Below are positions 33,598-43,701 of a DNA stretch of 64,000 nucleotides, one piece after another. How positions within the stretch are numbered: the stretch's first letter is position 1; every line of letters starts with the position of its first letter. Source of the DNA: Gammaproteobacteria bacterium (GTDB lineage: Bacteria; Pseudomonadota; Gammaproteobacteria; Natronospirales; REEB76); assembly GCA_027315405.1 (NCBI GenBank), contig DAHUYB010000071.1:19336-83335 (forward strand), in the 5' to 3' direction. The notes under the pieces are model-generated. The model had not been told where the DNA came from and made no database searches. It saw nothing but the letters and a program-made list of their open reading frames with translations. The position numbers and the translations under genes were made by a program.

Positions 33598-36500
33598 GTG
33601 AGTACCAGAACCCGCAGCAAGACAGCAGTTCCATCCGTTGGATCCCGGTTGCTACTGGTGGATGACAACCGGGATGATCGAGCATTGGTAATACGGGAAT
33701 TGCGCAAACATATGCCGGAACTCGCGATTACCGAGGTATTGAATCGTCCGGCACTGGATGAAGCGCTCGAGACCGGTGCTTTTGACCTGATTATCACCGA
33801 TTTCCATCTGGGCTGGATCACCGGTTTGGAGGTTCTGAAACTGGCGAAGGCGCGCTGGCCGGAACTGCCGGTCATCATGTTTACCGGGACGAGCACCGAG
33901 GAAGCCGCGGTAGAGGCCATGCGACTCGGCCTTTCTGATTACGTGGTTAAATCGCCGCGTCACATGGCGCGGCTGCGAAATTCGGTATATGCGGCACTGA
34001 GTCATGCTCACGAGACGCGCGCCCGTCAGCATGCGGAGGCGCTGCTTACCGACGCGCTGCAGCATAGCGAGGATGGCTTCATCCTCTTCGATGCCGAAGA
34101 TCAGATGATTCTCTGCAACCAGCAGATGCGGCGGATGTATCCGGAACTTGCCGGTCTGCTGGTGCCCGGTAAGAAGTTCGAGGAAATCCTCAAAGCCGGT
34201 ATCGAGGGAGAACAGTTCAAACTCACCGACGACAAGCGCGCAAATCTTATACGAGACCGGCTTGCCGCCCACCGGCTTGCGACCGGCAGCCTGGAGCAGC
34301 AGCTCAGCGATGGCCGCTGGGTGCTTATCAAGGAACGCCGCAGCCGTGACGGTGGCTACATCAATATCTATACCGACATCACCGCCATCAAACAGCGTGA
34401 GCTGGCTCTGGAAAAACTTCTGTCCGAGCACATCATGTTGGCGGCTGCGACGCAACAATCTTCCGCGGGCATTGTGGTTGTTGACGTGCAATCCACTAAT
34501 GAAAACTATCCCATTATTTACGTGAATCCTGCTTTTGAACGCATCACCGGTTTCGCTGCCCAGGGTGTCAGCGGACGTGACTGGCGTTTATTGGCGGAGG
34601 TGTCCGGGATCAATACCGAGGCTCGTGCACAGATCCGTACTGCATTCCGGAAAAGACAGTCCATACAGATAGATGCGGTCAACCGTCGCAAGAATGCTGA
34701 AACATTCTGGAACTCGCTTTCCATAAGTCCAGTGTTCGATGAACGCGGCACATTGCGCTTCTATATGTGCGTGTTCACGGATATCAGTGAACGTGTGCAG
34801 ACCCGTGACATGCTGGAGGAGCACACCCGGATGCTGGCGGAAGCGGAACATCTGGCGCATCTCGGGCATTGGCGCTGGGACATAAACGCCGACAAGCTAT
34901 GGCGCTCCGAGGAGATTTTTCGCATCCGCGGCATGACGCCAAACGATGCACCAGTGGATTTCCGCGGCACGGTGGATAGTTTTCACCCCGATGATCGTGC
35001 CATGGTAAGCAATGCCATCAGCGGGGTGGCCGTCAATCACCAGAGTGCGGAGTTCGAAGCCCGAATTCTCAGACCCGACAGTGAAATACGGCATGTACGC
35101 ATCATCGCTCAATACAGCCCGCCGACGACTAATTCCGGTGAAGCGGTTTTCGGCACCTTTCAGGACACTACCATACAGAGACAGCAGGAAGCGGCGTTGC
35201 GGCGCAGCGAACGCCGCTACCGGCGGCTCATGGAAGCCGTTCCCCATGGCATTACTGAAATCAGCGTTGACGGCACCATCACGTATGCCAATCAGTCGCA
35301 TCACAAGATGCTCGGTTACCAGCGTGGAGAACTTATCGGGAAATCCATGTTCGACCTCATTTCCGAGCCGGTACGGCAGGCGGATGCCAGGCGGCGTTTT
35401 CAGACCATGATGAATGCGGAAGCGTTTACCCAGGCATTCACCAGTCGTTATCTGACCACTGATGGACATGCGATTGACGTGCAGGTGGATGCAGTCATCA
35501 GCCGTAACGAGGATGGCAAGGTCAATGGGGTGATCACCGTAGTCACGGATGTAACCGAGCGCCTGCAAAGCGAACAGCGTCTGCGTTATCTGGCGTTTTA
35601 TGATCCTTTAACCGGTCTCGGCAACCGTTCGCTGCTTAATGAATACCTTAGGGACCAACTCGCCAGGCGGGATGAGAATAAACGTGTGGCGGTTATACTG
35701 TTCAACATAGACAGCTTCAAGATCATCAATGACGTCCTTGGCCATCGCGTAGGTGATGCGGTCCTACGTGAATTCGGCGCGCGTTTGGCGGATAAATTCG
35801 GTAATCAGGATGGAGTGGCGCACCTTGGTGCGGACGAGTTTGCGGTGGTGCTGACGGGGGAATTCAAACGCGAGGAGATCGGCATCCAGGTTCAGGAAAT
35901 TAAAAACGCTCTGGAAGCACCGTTGCAGCTTTCCGGTAGCCGCCTGGATATTCGTCTCAGCGTGGGCGTATCCATGGCGCCGAATGACGGCGACGACAGC
36001 GAAGAACTGCTGCGCAACGCCGACAATGCTCTGTTGGATGCCAAGCGCGACACCCCCGGGGCGATTCGTTTTTACAATGCGGAGATGAAGGCGCTGGTGG
36101 AGGAATTCCTGATGTTGCAAGGGCGTTTGCGCGTTGCCGCCATGCAGGGTGAATTCTATCTCGAATACCAGCCGCAAGTCGCAATGGAAAGCGGCAAGAT
36201 CACCGGGCTGGAAGCCTTGCTGCGCTGGCGCACCGAGGATGGCGAGCTCATTCCACCCGGAAAATTCATACCGATTGCCGAGCAGAGCGGCGATATCATC
36301 ACCTTGGGCGCTTGGGTCTTGGAAGCGGCCTGTCGCCAGGCTGTAACCTGGAAGAGCCTGGGGGTTCAATCGGTGCCGATGACAGTCAATATGTCGGCGC
36401 GTCAATTTTTGCAGGATGATCTGGTGCGCACGGTTCGTGATGTTCTGGAGCGCACCGGTTTCGATCCCCATCAGTTGTGCCTTGAGCTGACTGAGACCGC

Positions 36501-36894
36501 CTTGATGACGGACAATCCGAGTGTCATGAAGCACATGCAAGCGTTGACCGCGATGGGTATCCGATTTTCGCTGGATGATTTTGGCACCGGCTATTCATCC
36601 TTGAGTTATCTCAGCCGTTTCCCCATCAGTGCTCTCAAGATAGATCGCAGTTTCGTCGTCGGTATGTCGCTGGATTCCAAACATGTAGCGATAATCAGCG
36701 CCGTGGTGGCCATGAGCCGTGTGCTCGGGCTTGAGGTGGTTGCGGAAGGAGTGGAGGAGCTGCATCAGGTGGAAAATCTGCGATCCACCGGTTGTAATGT
36801 GGCGCAGGGATTTTATTACAGCCGACCGGTGTCGGCGGACAATTGCACGGCACTGTTGCGTGCCGGCACGGTCCGACCCAAACGGCCAATCTAA
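33598..36894 (+). CDS. Response-regulator receiver - multi-PAS (one LOV-like) - GGDEF(degenerate GADEF) - EAL signalling protein
   Basis: REC domain (RLLLVDDN...DLIITDFHLG...PVIMFTG). Four PAS-like blocks, including IIYVNPAFERITGF..GRDWRLL...NRRKNAETFWNSLSISPVFDE. GGDEF region with HLGADEFAVVL. EAL domain with EALLRWR, DDFGTGYSSLSYL and EGVE. Confidence 0.9.
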   Translation: MSTRTRSKTAVPSVGSRLLLVDDNRDDRALVIRELRKHMPELAITEVLNRPALDEALETGAFDLIITDFHLGWITGLEVLKLAKARWPELPVIMFTGTSTEEAAVEAMRLGLSDYVVKSPRHMARLRNSVYAALSHAHETRARQHAEALLTDALQHSEDGFILFDAEDQMILCNQQMRRMYPELAGLLVPGKKFEEILKAGIEGEQFKLTDDKRANLIRDRLAAHRLATGSLEQQLSDGRWVLIKERRSRDGGYINIYTDITAIKQRELALEKLLSEHIMLAAATQQSSAGIVVVDVQSTNENYPIIYVNPAFERITGFAAQGVSGRDWRLLAEVSGINTEARAQIRTAFRKRQSIQIDAVNRRKNAETFWNSLSISPVFDERGTLRFYMCVFTDISERVQTRDMLEEHTRMLAEAEHLAHLGHWRWDINADKLWRSEEIFRIRGMTPNDAPVDFRGTVDSFHPDDRAMVSNAISGVAVNHQSAEFEARILRPDSEIRHVRIIAQYSPPTTNSGEAVFGTFQDTTIQRQQEAALRRSERRYRRLMEAVPHGITEISVDGTITYANQSHHKMLGYQRGELIGKSMFDLISEPVRQADARRRFQTMMNAEAFTQAFTSRYLTTDGHAIDVQVDAVISRNEDGKVNGVITVVTDVTERLQSEQRLRYLAFYDPLTGLGNRSLLNEYLRDQLARRDENKRVAVILFNIDSFKIINDVLGHRVGDAVLREFGARLADKFGNQDGVAHLGADEFAVVLTGEFKREEIGIQVQEIKNALEAPLQLSGSRLDIRLSVGVSMAPNDGDDSEELLRNADNALLDAKRDTPGAIRFYNAEMKALVEEFLMLQGRLRVAAMQGEFYLEYQPQVAMESGKITGLEALLRWRTEDGELIPPGKFIPIAEQSGDIITLGAWVLEAACRQAVTWKSLGVQSVPMTVNMSARQFLQDDLVRTVRDVLERTGFDPHQLCLELTETALMTDNPSVMKHMQALTAMGIRFSLDDFGTGYSSLSYLSRFPISALKIDRSFVVGMSLDSKHVAIISAVVAMSRVLGLEVVAEGVEELHQVENLRSTGCNVAQGFYYSRPVSADNCTALLRAGTVRPKRPI

Positions 36895-36954
36895 CCTGGT
36901 GTGGCTGGAGTTAAATTTTGGTTTTAAAAATATGTAAGGAAAGTATACGGGGAT

Positions 36955-37965
36955 TCAAGCGCGACGTTCCACGGAAAACCCGGCTAATTCCATGAGCGCC
37001 GTTTTGAAAACGGAATCTGATAAGACCTGGAGTGCAGCAACGGCCTGTTGGGCTTCTTGTTGTGCATAATCATGGGTGTAATCCAATGACCCGGTCCTCT
37101 CGATGATGGCAAGAATGCCATCAATATGTTCGCGGCCGCCGCTGGCAATAGCCCGGCGAATGATCTGACGCTGTACCGGCGTACTCTTCTGCATGGCATG
37201 GATTAGGGGCAGGGTTGGGTTACCCTCGGCGAGATCATCACCGATATTCTTGCCCAGCTCGATGCTGGTCGCGCTGTAATCCAGCATGTCATCCACCAGT
37301 TGAAAAGCATTACCCAGATGCAGACCATAGGCAGCCAGTGCCTCCTGCTCGACCGCGGGACGCCGCGCAATCACCGCGCCGAGCTGCGCGCCAGCCTGAA
37401 ACAGCGTCGCGGTCTTGCGGCGGATGACTTCCAGATAGCGCGCTTCCGTGGTGTCGGGATCGTGACAATTAAGCAGCTGCAGGACTTCGCCCTCGGCGAT
37501 AAGATTGGTGGCGTCCGCCAGAATGTGCATGACCCGCATGTCGTTAACCGCCACCATCATCTGAAAGGCGCGGGAATAGAGAAAATCGCCCACCAGGACG
37601 CTGGCTTCATTGCCCCAGATAGCGTTGGCAGTTTCGCGGCCGCGCCGCAGGCCGGAGCCGTCCACCACGTCGTCGTGGAGCAGCGTGGCGGTATGGATGA
37701 ATTCGATAATGGCGGCGAGTCCGATGTGGCGCTCGTCGCTGACGCCGCAGGCGCGCGCTGTCAGTAATACCAACATGGGGCGCAAGCGCTTGCCGCCGCC
37801 ATTGATGATGTATTCGCTCAGCTGATTGATGAGCGCCACATCCGAGCGCAGTTCCTCGCGGATCAGCCGGTCAGTGCGGCGAAAATCCTCCTCAACGAGG
37901 GCGCGCACCGCGTTCAAATTGGGCGCAGGACCGGCAGGTCTGAGGGGAACGGAGGCTAGCACCAT
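36955..37965 (-). CDS. ispB: Octaprenyl-diphosphate synthase (trans-polyprenyl synthase)
   Basis: DDxxD motifs LLHDDVVD and FQLVDDMLDY. It shows the classical divergent synteny with rplU-rpmA-obg. Confidence 0.9.
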   Translation of the reverse strand: MVLASVPLRPAGPAPNLNAVRALVEEDFRRTDRLIREELRSDVALINQLSEYIINGGGKRLRPMLVLLTARACGVSDERHIGLAAIIEFIHTATLLHDDVVDGSGLRRGRETANAIWGNEASVLVGDFLYSRAFQMMVAVNDMRVMHILADATNLIAEGEVLQLLNCHDPDTTEARYLEVIRRKTATLFQAGAQLGAVIARRPAVEQEALAAYGLHLGNAFQLVDDMLDYSATSIELGKNIGDDLAEGNPTLPLIHAMQKSTPVQRQIIRRAIASGGREHIDGILAIIERTGSLDYTHDYAQQEAQQAVAALQVLSDSVFKTALMELAGFSVERRA

Positions 37966-38051
37966 GGTTTGGCCGGGATAGTGACTCAGGCGATTGCGGA
38001 AGGGCGATGCTAGGGGCGGCCTTGGGGGGTGTCAAGGCGCCGGCGGCCGGT

Positions 38052-38080
38052 TTGACCCGCGGCCCCGTAGGCCTTAGAAT
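38052..38080 (+). promoter_or_regulatory. Candidate sigma70 promoter of rplU-rpmA
   Basis: TTGACC (38052-38057), a 17-bp spacer and TAGAAT (38075-38080), about 47 bp upstream of the rplU ATG. Confidence 0.5.
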
Positions 38081-38126
38081 TCGCGCCCTTTGACGGCATT
38101 TTTCACAGGTTTTCCGGAGAGTCCCA

Positions 38127-38444
38127 ATGTACGCGGTGATTGAAACCGGTGGCAAGCAGTACCGGGTCAGCGAAGGCGACGTCGTTCGCATCGAGAAACT
38201 CGAGGTAGAGGCGGGCGCGGCGGTGGAATTCGACCGGGTACTGCTGGTGGGCAGGGACGATGCCGCGCCGGTATTGGGTGCGCCCTTCCTCAAGGGCGGC
38301 AAGGTCACCGGTACGGTGAAGGCGCTCGGCCGCCACGACAAAATCTTCATTTTCAAGATGCGCCGGCGCAAGAATTACCGCCGCCGCGCGGGTCACCGGC
38401 AGTCCTATACCGACGTCCAGATAACCGGCATCTCAGCCGGCTGA
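38127..38444 (+). CDS. rplU: 50S ribosomal protein L21
   Basis: MYAVIETGGKQYRVSEGDVVRIEKL... is the canonical L21 N-terminus. Confidence 0.97.
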   Translation: MYAVIETGGKQYRVSEGDVVRIEKLEVEAGAAVEFDRVLLVGRDDAAPVLGAPFLKGGKVTGTVKALGRHDKIFIFKMRRRKNYRRRAGHRQSYTDVQITGISAG

Positions 38445-38465
38445 GTTTTTAGAGGTTAAGCGAAC

Positions 38466-38723
38466 ATGGCACATAAAAAAGCAGGCGGCAGCACCCGTAA
38501 TGGTCGCGATTCCGAGTCCAAACGCCTGGGCGTCAAGCTCTACGGCGGCCAGCAGGTGGCGGCCGGCAACATCATCATCCGCCAGCGCGGCACCCAGTAT
38601 CATGCGGGCGTGAACGTGGGCATGGGCCGTGATCACACGCTGTTTGCCAAGGCCAACGGTAAAATCAAATTTGCTCTCAAGGGCCGGCCGCAGCGCCGCT
38701 ATGTGAGCGTGGTGACCGAATAA
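38466..38723 (+). CDS. rpmA: 50S ribosomal protein L27
   Basis: [24 protein letters not shown]... is the canonical L27. Confidence 0.97.
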   Translation: MAHKKAGGSTRNGRDSESKRLGVKLYGGQQVAAGNIIIRQRGTQYHAGVNVGMGRDHTLFAKANGKIKFALKGRPQRRYVSVVTE

Positions 38724-38746
38724 CCAGCCCGCAGCCGCAATACCAA

Positions 38747-38771
38747 AGCCCCGGTCCAACCGGGGTTTTTC
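38747..38771 (+). terminator. Rho-independent terminator after rpmA
   Basis: CCCCGG TCCAA CCGGGG followed by TTTTT. Confidence 0.75.
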
Positions 38772-38837
38772 GTCTGTGGCGGCAGCGGCTGGTGAGGAGT
38801 GAGACGTGAGGTGTGAGGTCTATGCATCAGACGCTGA

Positions 38838-39941
<1,104 letters not shown>

Positions 39942-39989
39942 CAGGCCAGACTTCAGCATGCGTATGCTTCAGTCTCCTGGGGGCAGGGT

Positions 39990-40511
39990 TTAGCCCGCAG
40001 GCTCATTGAGTTCGATGTTTTCCTGCTGGAAGCGCGCACGTATGCGTTTCACCAGTTCCGGCGCCAACACGTCCTTGCCCCACTGCTCGCCGTTCTGCAG
40101 GCTGGCCTGGGCAATCTCGGGATTGTTGCGGATGATTTTTTGTCCGATTGGCGTCTTATAGAATGCAATCATCTGACGCACATCCGCGTCGCTGTAATAT
40201 TTGGCGTAGATCGGCACCAGCAGCGCGGTGAGCTGTTTATAGATGGCCGGATCCGCCAGCATGCCACTGGTTTCTTCCTTGATGATCGTGAAGGCCTTGG
40301 GCGAGATGCTGGGGTGGGAGGCCCGCAGGTTGTTGATGATCTGTTGAGCGATGGCATTGCCGAACATCTGTCCGAGATGAGCGCCGCCCGTCATGTTGAT
40401 CAACTGGAGAATATCGTTACGCAGCGGCACCGGTATTTGCCCGGCACCGGCGGCAAAAGCGGAGGGTGGAAGCATGGCCAGCAGAATGGCCAGCAGGATG
40501 CCTGATTTCAT
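39990..40511 (-). CDS. Periplasmic DUF2059-family protein
   Basis: Start set at ATG 40511 (signal peptide MKSGILLAILLAMLPPSAFA). The sequence YSDADVRQMIAFYKTPIGQKI is typical of DUF2059, by recollection. Confidence 0.65.
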   Translation of the reverse strand: MKSGILLAILLAMLPPSAFAAGAGQIPVPLRNDILQLINMTGGAHLGQMFGNAIAQQIINNLRASHPSISPKAFTIIKEETSGMLADPAIYKQLTALLVPIYAKYYSDADVRQMIAFYKTPIGQKIIRNNPEIAQASLQNGEQWGKDVLAPELVKRIRARFQQENIELNEPAG

Positions 40512-40586
40512 GGGCGCGTCCCCGTTTTTATGAATGGTACTGGGAAATACCCGGCAACTATGGCACGCCGATGTCCCGGCGGCAAT

Positions 40587-40613
40587 AAAAAAGCCGGCAT
40601 CCAGGCCGGCTTT
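40587..40613 (-). terminator. Rho-independent terminator of rpsT
   Basis: Minus-strand hairpin AAGCCGGC..GCCGGCTT followed by TTTTTT (plus strand AAAAAAGCCGGCATCCAGGCCGGCTT). Confidence 0.75.
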
Positions 40614-40631
40614 GGACAATGCTCGCGGATC

Positions 40632-40898
40632 TCAGGCTTTGAGAGCGCGGATACGTTCGTTCAAGCGGCTCTTGTGACGCGCGGCCTTGTGATGGTGGAT
40701 GAGCCCCTTGTCGGCGATGCGGTCAATAACCGGCACGGCCTCCCGGTAAGCGACTTCGGCTTCCGTCTTCTTGCCTTCAGCGGTGAGCTTCACCACTTTC
40801 TTGATGTAGCTGCGTACCATGGAACGCAGGGCGGCGTTGTGCTCACGATGGACCACGGACTGGCGGGCGCGCTTCTTCGATTGCTTGGTATTAGCCAA
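40632..40898 (-). CDS. rpsT: 30S ribosomal protein S20
   Basis: A TTG start at 40898 with a GGAG SD gives (M)ANTKQSKKRARQSVVHREHNAALRS...SRLNERIRALKA. The ORF-track start at 41051 is too long. Confidence 0.92.
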   Translation of the reverse strand: MANTKQSKKRARQSVVHREHNAALRSMVRSYIKKVVKLTAEGKKTEAEVAYREAVPVIDRIADKGLIHHHKAARHKSRLNERIRALKA

Positions 40899-41119
40899 GG
40901 TGGAGACTCCTGAAAATACCGTATGACCGCCCCGAAGACGGTCGGAAAGGGTGCGTACTATACGGATTTCAGCCCACCCGCGCAATGCAGTCTCGGGCCG
41001 GCATGAGACATGCAAGCAGTTTCCCAGCGCACGGTTTGCGGCAGCACGCATGGCAGCGACGGCTGAAGGCCGGTATTATGCAGGCTATTGAATAGTCTGG
41101 TTTTCAGGATCTCAGCTGC

Positions 41120-42685
41120 ATGTCTCGCGCTCTCTTCAAGGCCACCTCCCTGGTGGGCGGCATGACCCTCATCTCGCGCATCCTGGGCTTCATACGGGAC
41201 ATGGTGCTGGCGCGCTACTTCGGCGCCGGCATGGTGATGGACGCTTTCTTCGTGGCTTTTAAGATACCCAACTTCATGCGCCGCACCTTTGGCGAGGGCG
41301 CATTCTCGCTGGCTTTCGTGCCGGTGATCTCGGAATACAAAACCACGCGCCGGCATGCGGAAGTCAGGGAACTGGCCGACCGGGTGGCGGGCAGCCTGGG
41401 ACTGGTGCTGATGGTCATCACCCTCATCGGCGTGATCGCCGCGCCGGTGCTGGTGTGGATATTCGCGCCCGGGTTCAGTGTCCACGAGGACAAGTACCAG
41501 CTCACGGTCGCCATGGTGCGGGTGACGTTTCCGTATCTGTTGTTCATCTCGCTGACGGCTTTCGCCGGCGGCATCCTCAATACCTACGGCAAATTCGGCG
41601 TGCCGGCCTTCACGCCGGTGCTGCTCAACGTGGTGATGATCGCCGCTGCCATCTGGCTGGCGCCACATCTCGCCAATCCCGGCATGGCGCTGGCCTGGGG
41701 TGTGTTCATCGCCGGCGTGCTGCAACTGCTGTTCCAGGTGCCGTTCCTGTTGCGGCTGAAACTCATGCCGCGGCCGAAACTGTCGGACGGCCACGAGGCG
41801 GTGACCCGCATCATGAAGCTCATGCTGCCGGCCCTGTTTGGTTCCTCCGTGTCGCAGATCAATATGGTGGTGGATACGGTAATCGCTTCTTTTCTGGCCA
41901 CCGGCAGTGTCAGCTGGCTGTATTATTCCGACCGCCTCATGGAATTCCCGCTGGGGGTGTTCTCCATCGCTCTCGGTACCGTGATCCTGCCCAACATGGC
42001 GCAGCATTTCGCCGCGAAATCAGCCGAGGGTTTTTCGGCAACCATGGATTGGGCGCTGCGGCTCACCGCGGTGATGGTAATACCGGCAGCCATCGGTCTG
42101 TTCTTCATGTCCGGACCGTTGCTGGTTACCCTGTTTCATTACGGAGCATTCAATACGCATGATGCGCGCATGGCCAGCGTCAGCCTTAGCGCCTATGCGT
42201 TCGGTTTATTGGGATTCACGCTGGTGAAGATTTTTGCGCCGGGGTTTTATGCACGCCAAGATACGCGTACACCGGTCAAGATCGGCATCATCTCGGTGAT
42301 TGCCAATATCGTGCTGAATATCGTGATTACCATTCCCTGGGCCATGAGCGGCGCAGCCGCGCCGCATGCGGGCCTGGCGCTGGCCACATCCCTGGCGGCT
42401 TTCATCAATGCCGGGCTGCTGTACCGCGGTCTGCGCCGCAGCGGCGTGTATACCCCGGCGCCCGGATGGCGGCCTTTGTTCCGGCAGGTGCTGATTGCCA
42501 ACTTGGTCATGGGTGGGTTGCTGTGGTTGGGTGCCGGTAACTTGAATGTCTGGTTGGCGCGCAACGCCGTACACCGCGGGCTGTGGCTGGCCTTGTGGGT
42601 CGCGGTGGCGATCCTGGTGTATTTCCTGGTGCTATTGCTGAGCGGTTTTCGCCTGCGACATCTGCGGCGGGCGCCGGCCGTCTAG
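41120..42685 (+). CDS. murJ: Lipid II flippase MurJ (MviN)
   Basis: MSRALFKATSLVGGMTLISRILGFIRDMVLARYFGAG..DAFFVAFKIPNFMRR, a 14-TM-type protein in the rpsT / murJ-ribF-ileS synteny. Confidence 0.93.
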   Translation: MSRALFKATSLVGGMTLISRILGFIRDMVLARYFGAGMVMDAFFVAFKIPNFMRRTFGEGAFSLAFVPVISEYKTTRRHAEVRELADRVAGSLGLVLMVITLIGVIAAPVLVWIFAPGFSVHEDKYQLTVAMVRVTFPYLLFISLTAFAGGILNTYGKFGVPAFTPVLLNVVMIAAAIWLAPHLANPGMALAWGVFIAGVLQLLFQVPFLLRLKLMPRPKLSDGHEAVTRIMKLMLPALFGSSVSQINMVVDTVIASFLATGSVSWLYYSDRLMEFPLGVFSIALGTVILPNMAQHFAAKSAEGFSATMDWALRLTAVMVIPAAIGLFFMSGPLLVTLFHYGAFNTHDARMASVSLSAYAFGLLGFTLVKIFAPGFYARQDTRTPVKIGIISVIANIVLNIVITIPWAMSGAAAPHAGLALATSLAAFINAGLLYRGLRRSGVYTPAPGWRPLFRQVLIANLVMGGLLWLGAGNLNVWLARNAVHRGLWLALWVAVAILVYFLVLLLSGFRLRHLRRAPAV

Positions 42686-42729
42686 ATGCGCGTATACCTT
42701 ATATATGTTCTGTATCGCAGGCACAGGCC

Positions 42730-43668
42730 ATGGAGCTGATCCGGGGTTTGCTCAACCTGAAAGCACGGCACCGCGGTTGTGCCGCCACCATCGGCAATTA
42801 CGACGGCGTGCATCTGGGCCATCAGCATGTGTTGAAGGAACTGGTAAGTAATGCGCGCGCTCACGCGTTGCCCGCCACGGTGGTGGTTTTCGAGCCCACG
42901 CCGCAGGAATACTTCACGAACGCGGAACCGCCGGCGCGACTCATGAATTTCTGCGAGAAGTGGCCGGCCCTGGCCGAATACGGGGTGGACAGGGTAGTGT
43001 GTCTGCGCTTCAATCGGGCGCTGGCCGAGATGCCGGCCGAGATGTTCATCGAGCACGTCCTGATCCACGGCCTGGGCGTTCGTCATCTGGTGGTGGGAGA
43101 CGATTTTCGATTTGGCTGCGACCGGGCCGGGGATTTCGCCTTGCTCAAGGCGGCCGGCGCGGATTATGGATTCGAAGTGGCGGGTGCGCGCACCCTGACA
43201 GTGGCGGGGGAGCGCGTGAGCAGCTCGCGCATCCGCGAATACCTGGCCGCCGGCAAGCTGGAATCCGCGGCCGGATTCCTGGGCATGCCGTTTTCACTGA
43301 GCGGCCGTGTGGTCTATGGCGACCGGCTCGGGCGTACCCTGGGATTTCCCACGGCAAATATCCCGCTCAAGCGGCGGGTCTCGCCGGTGCACGGCATCTT
43401 CGTGGCCGCCGTGCACGGCATTGGCGGCGCATCGCGTTACGGGGCTGCATATGTGGGTTCACGGCCGGCGGTGGGCGGCCGGCGGGCCATGCTGGAAGTG
43501 TATGTATTCGATTTCACGGGCGCGCTGTATGGGCAGCGCTTGCACGTGGAACTGCTGCACCAGTTGCGCGCTGATGCGGCATTCGAAAATCTGGAGGCCC
43601 TCAAGGCGCAGATGGCGCGGGATGTGGGCGCGGCGCGCGCCTGGTTGAAACAACATGGTCTGGATTGA
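42730..43668 (+). CDS. ribF: Bifunctional riboflavin kinase / FAD synthetase
   Basis: Start at ATG 42730. Sequence IGNYDGVHLGHQHVL, and a kinase part GRTLGFPTANI...YGAAYVGSRP...LEVYVFDF. Confidence 0.92.
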   Translation: MELIRGLLNLKARHRGCAATIGNYDGVHLGHQHVLKELVSNARAHALPATVVVFEPTPQEYFTNAEPPARLMNFCEKWPALAEYGVDRVVCLRFNRALAEMPAEMFIEHVLIHGLGVRHLVVGDDFRFGCDRAGDFALLKAAGADYGFEVAGARTLTVAGERVSSSRIREYLAAGKLESAAGFLGMPFSLSGRVVYGDRLGRTLGFPTANIPLKRRVSPVHGIFVAAVHGIGGASRYGAAYVGSRPAVGGRRAMLEVYVFDFTGALYGQRLHVELLHQLRADAAFENLEALKAQMARDVGAARAWLKQHGLD

Positions 43669-43701
43669 AAAGTCGTGCATGATTCTTAAACGGACAAAAC
43701 A

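Noticed and set aside
33309-33920. 203-aa minus ORF overlapping the start of the REC-PAS-GGDEF-EAL gene.
   Set aside because: It lies antisense to a clear receiver-domain coding sequence. The product is Ser/Ala/Arg-rich and low in complexity.
39945-39975. Apparent palindrome after obg (AGACTTCAGCATGCGTATGCTTCAGTCT), considered as a terminator.
   Set aside because: On checking, the arms are direct/mirror repeats (CTTCAG twice), not reverse complements. No stem can form and there is no U-tract.
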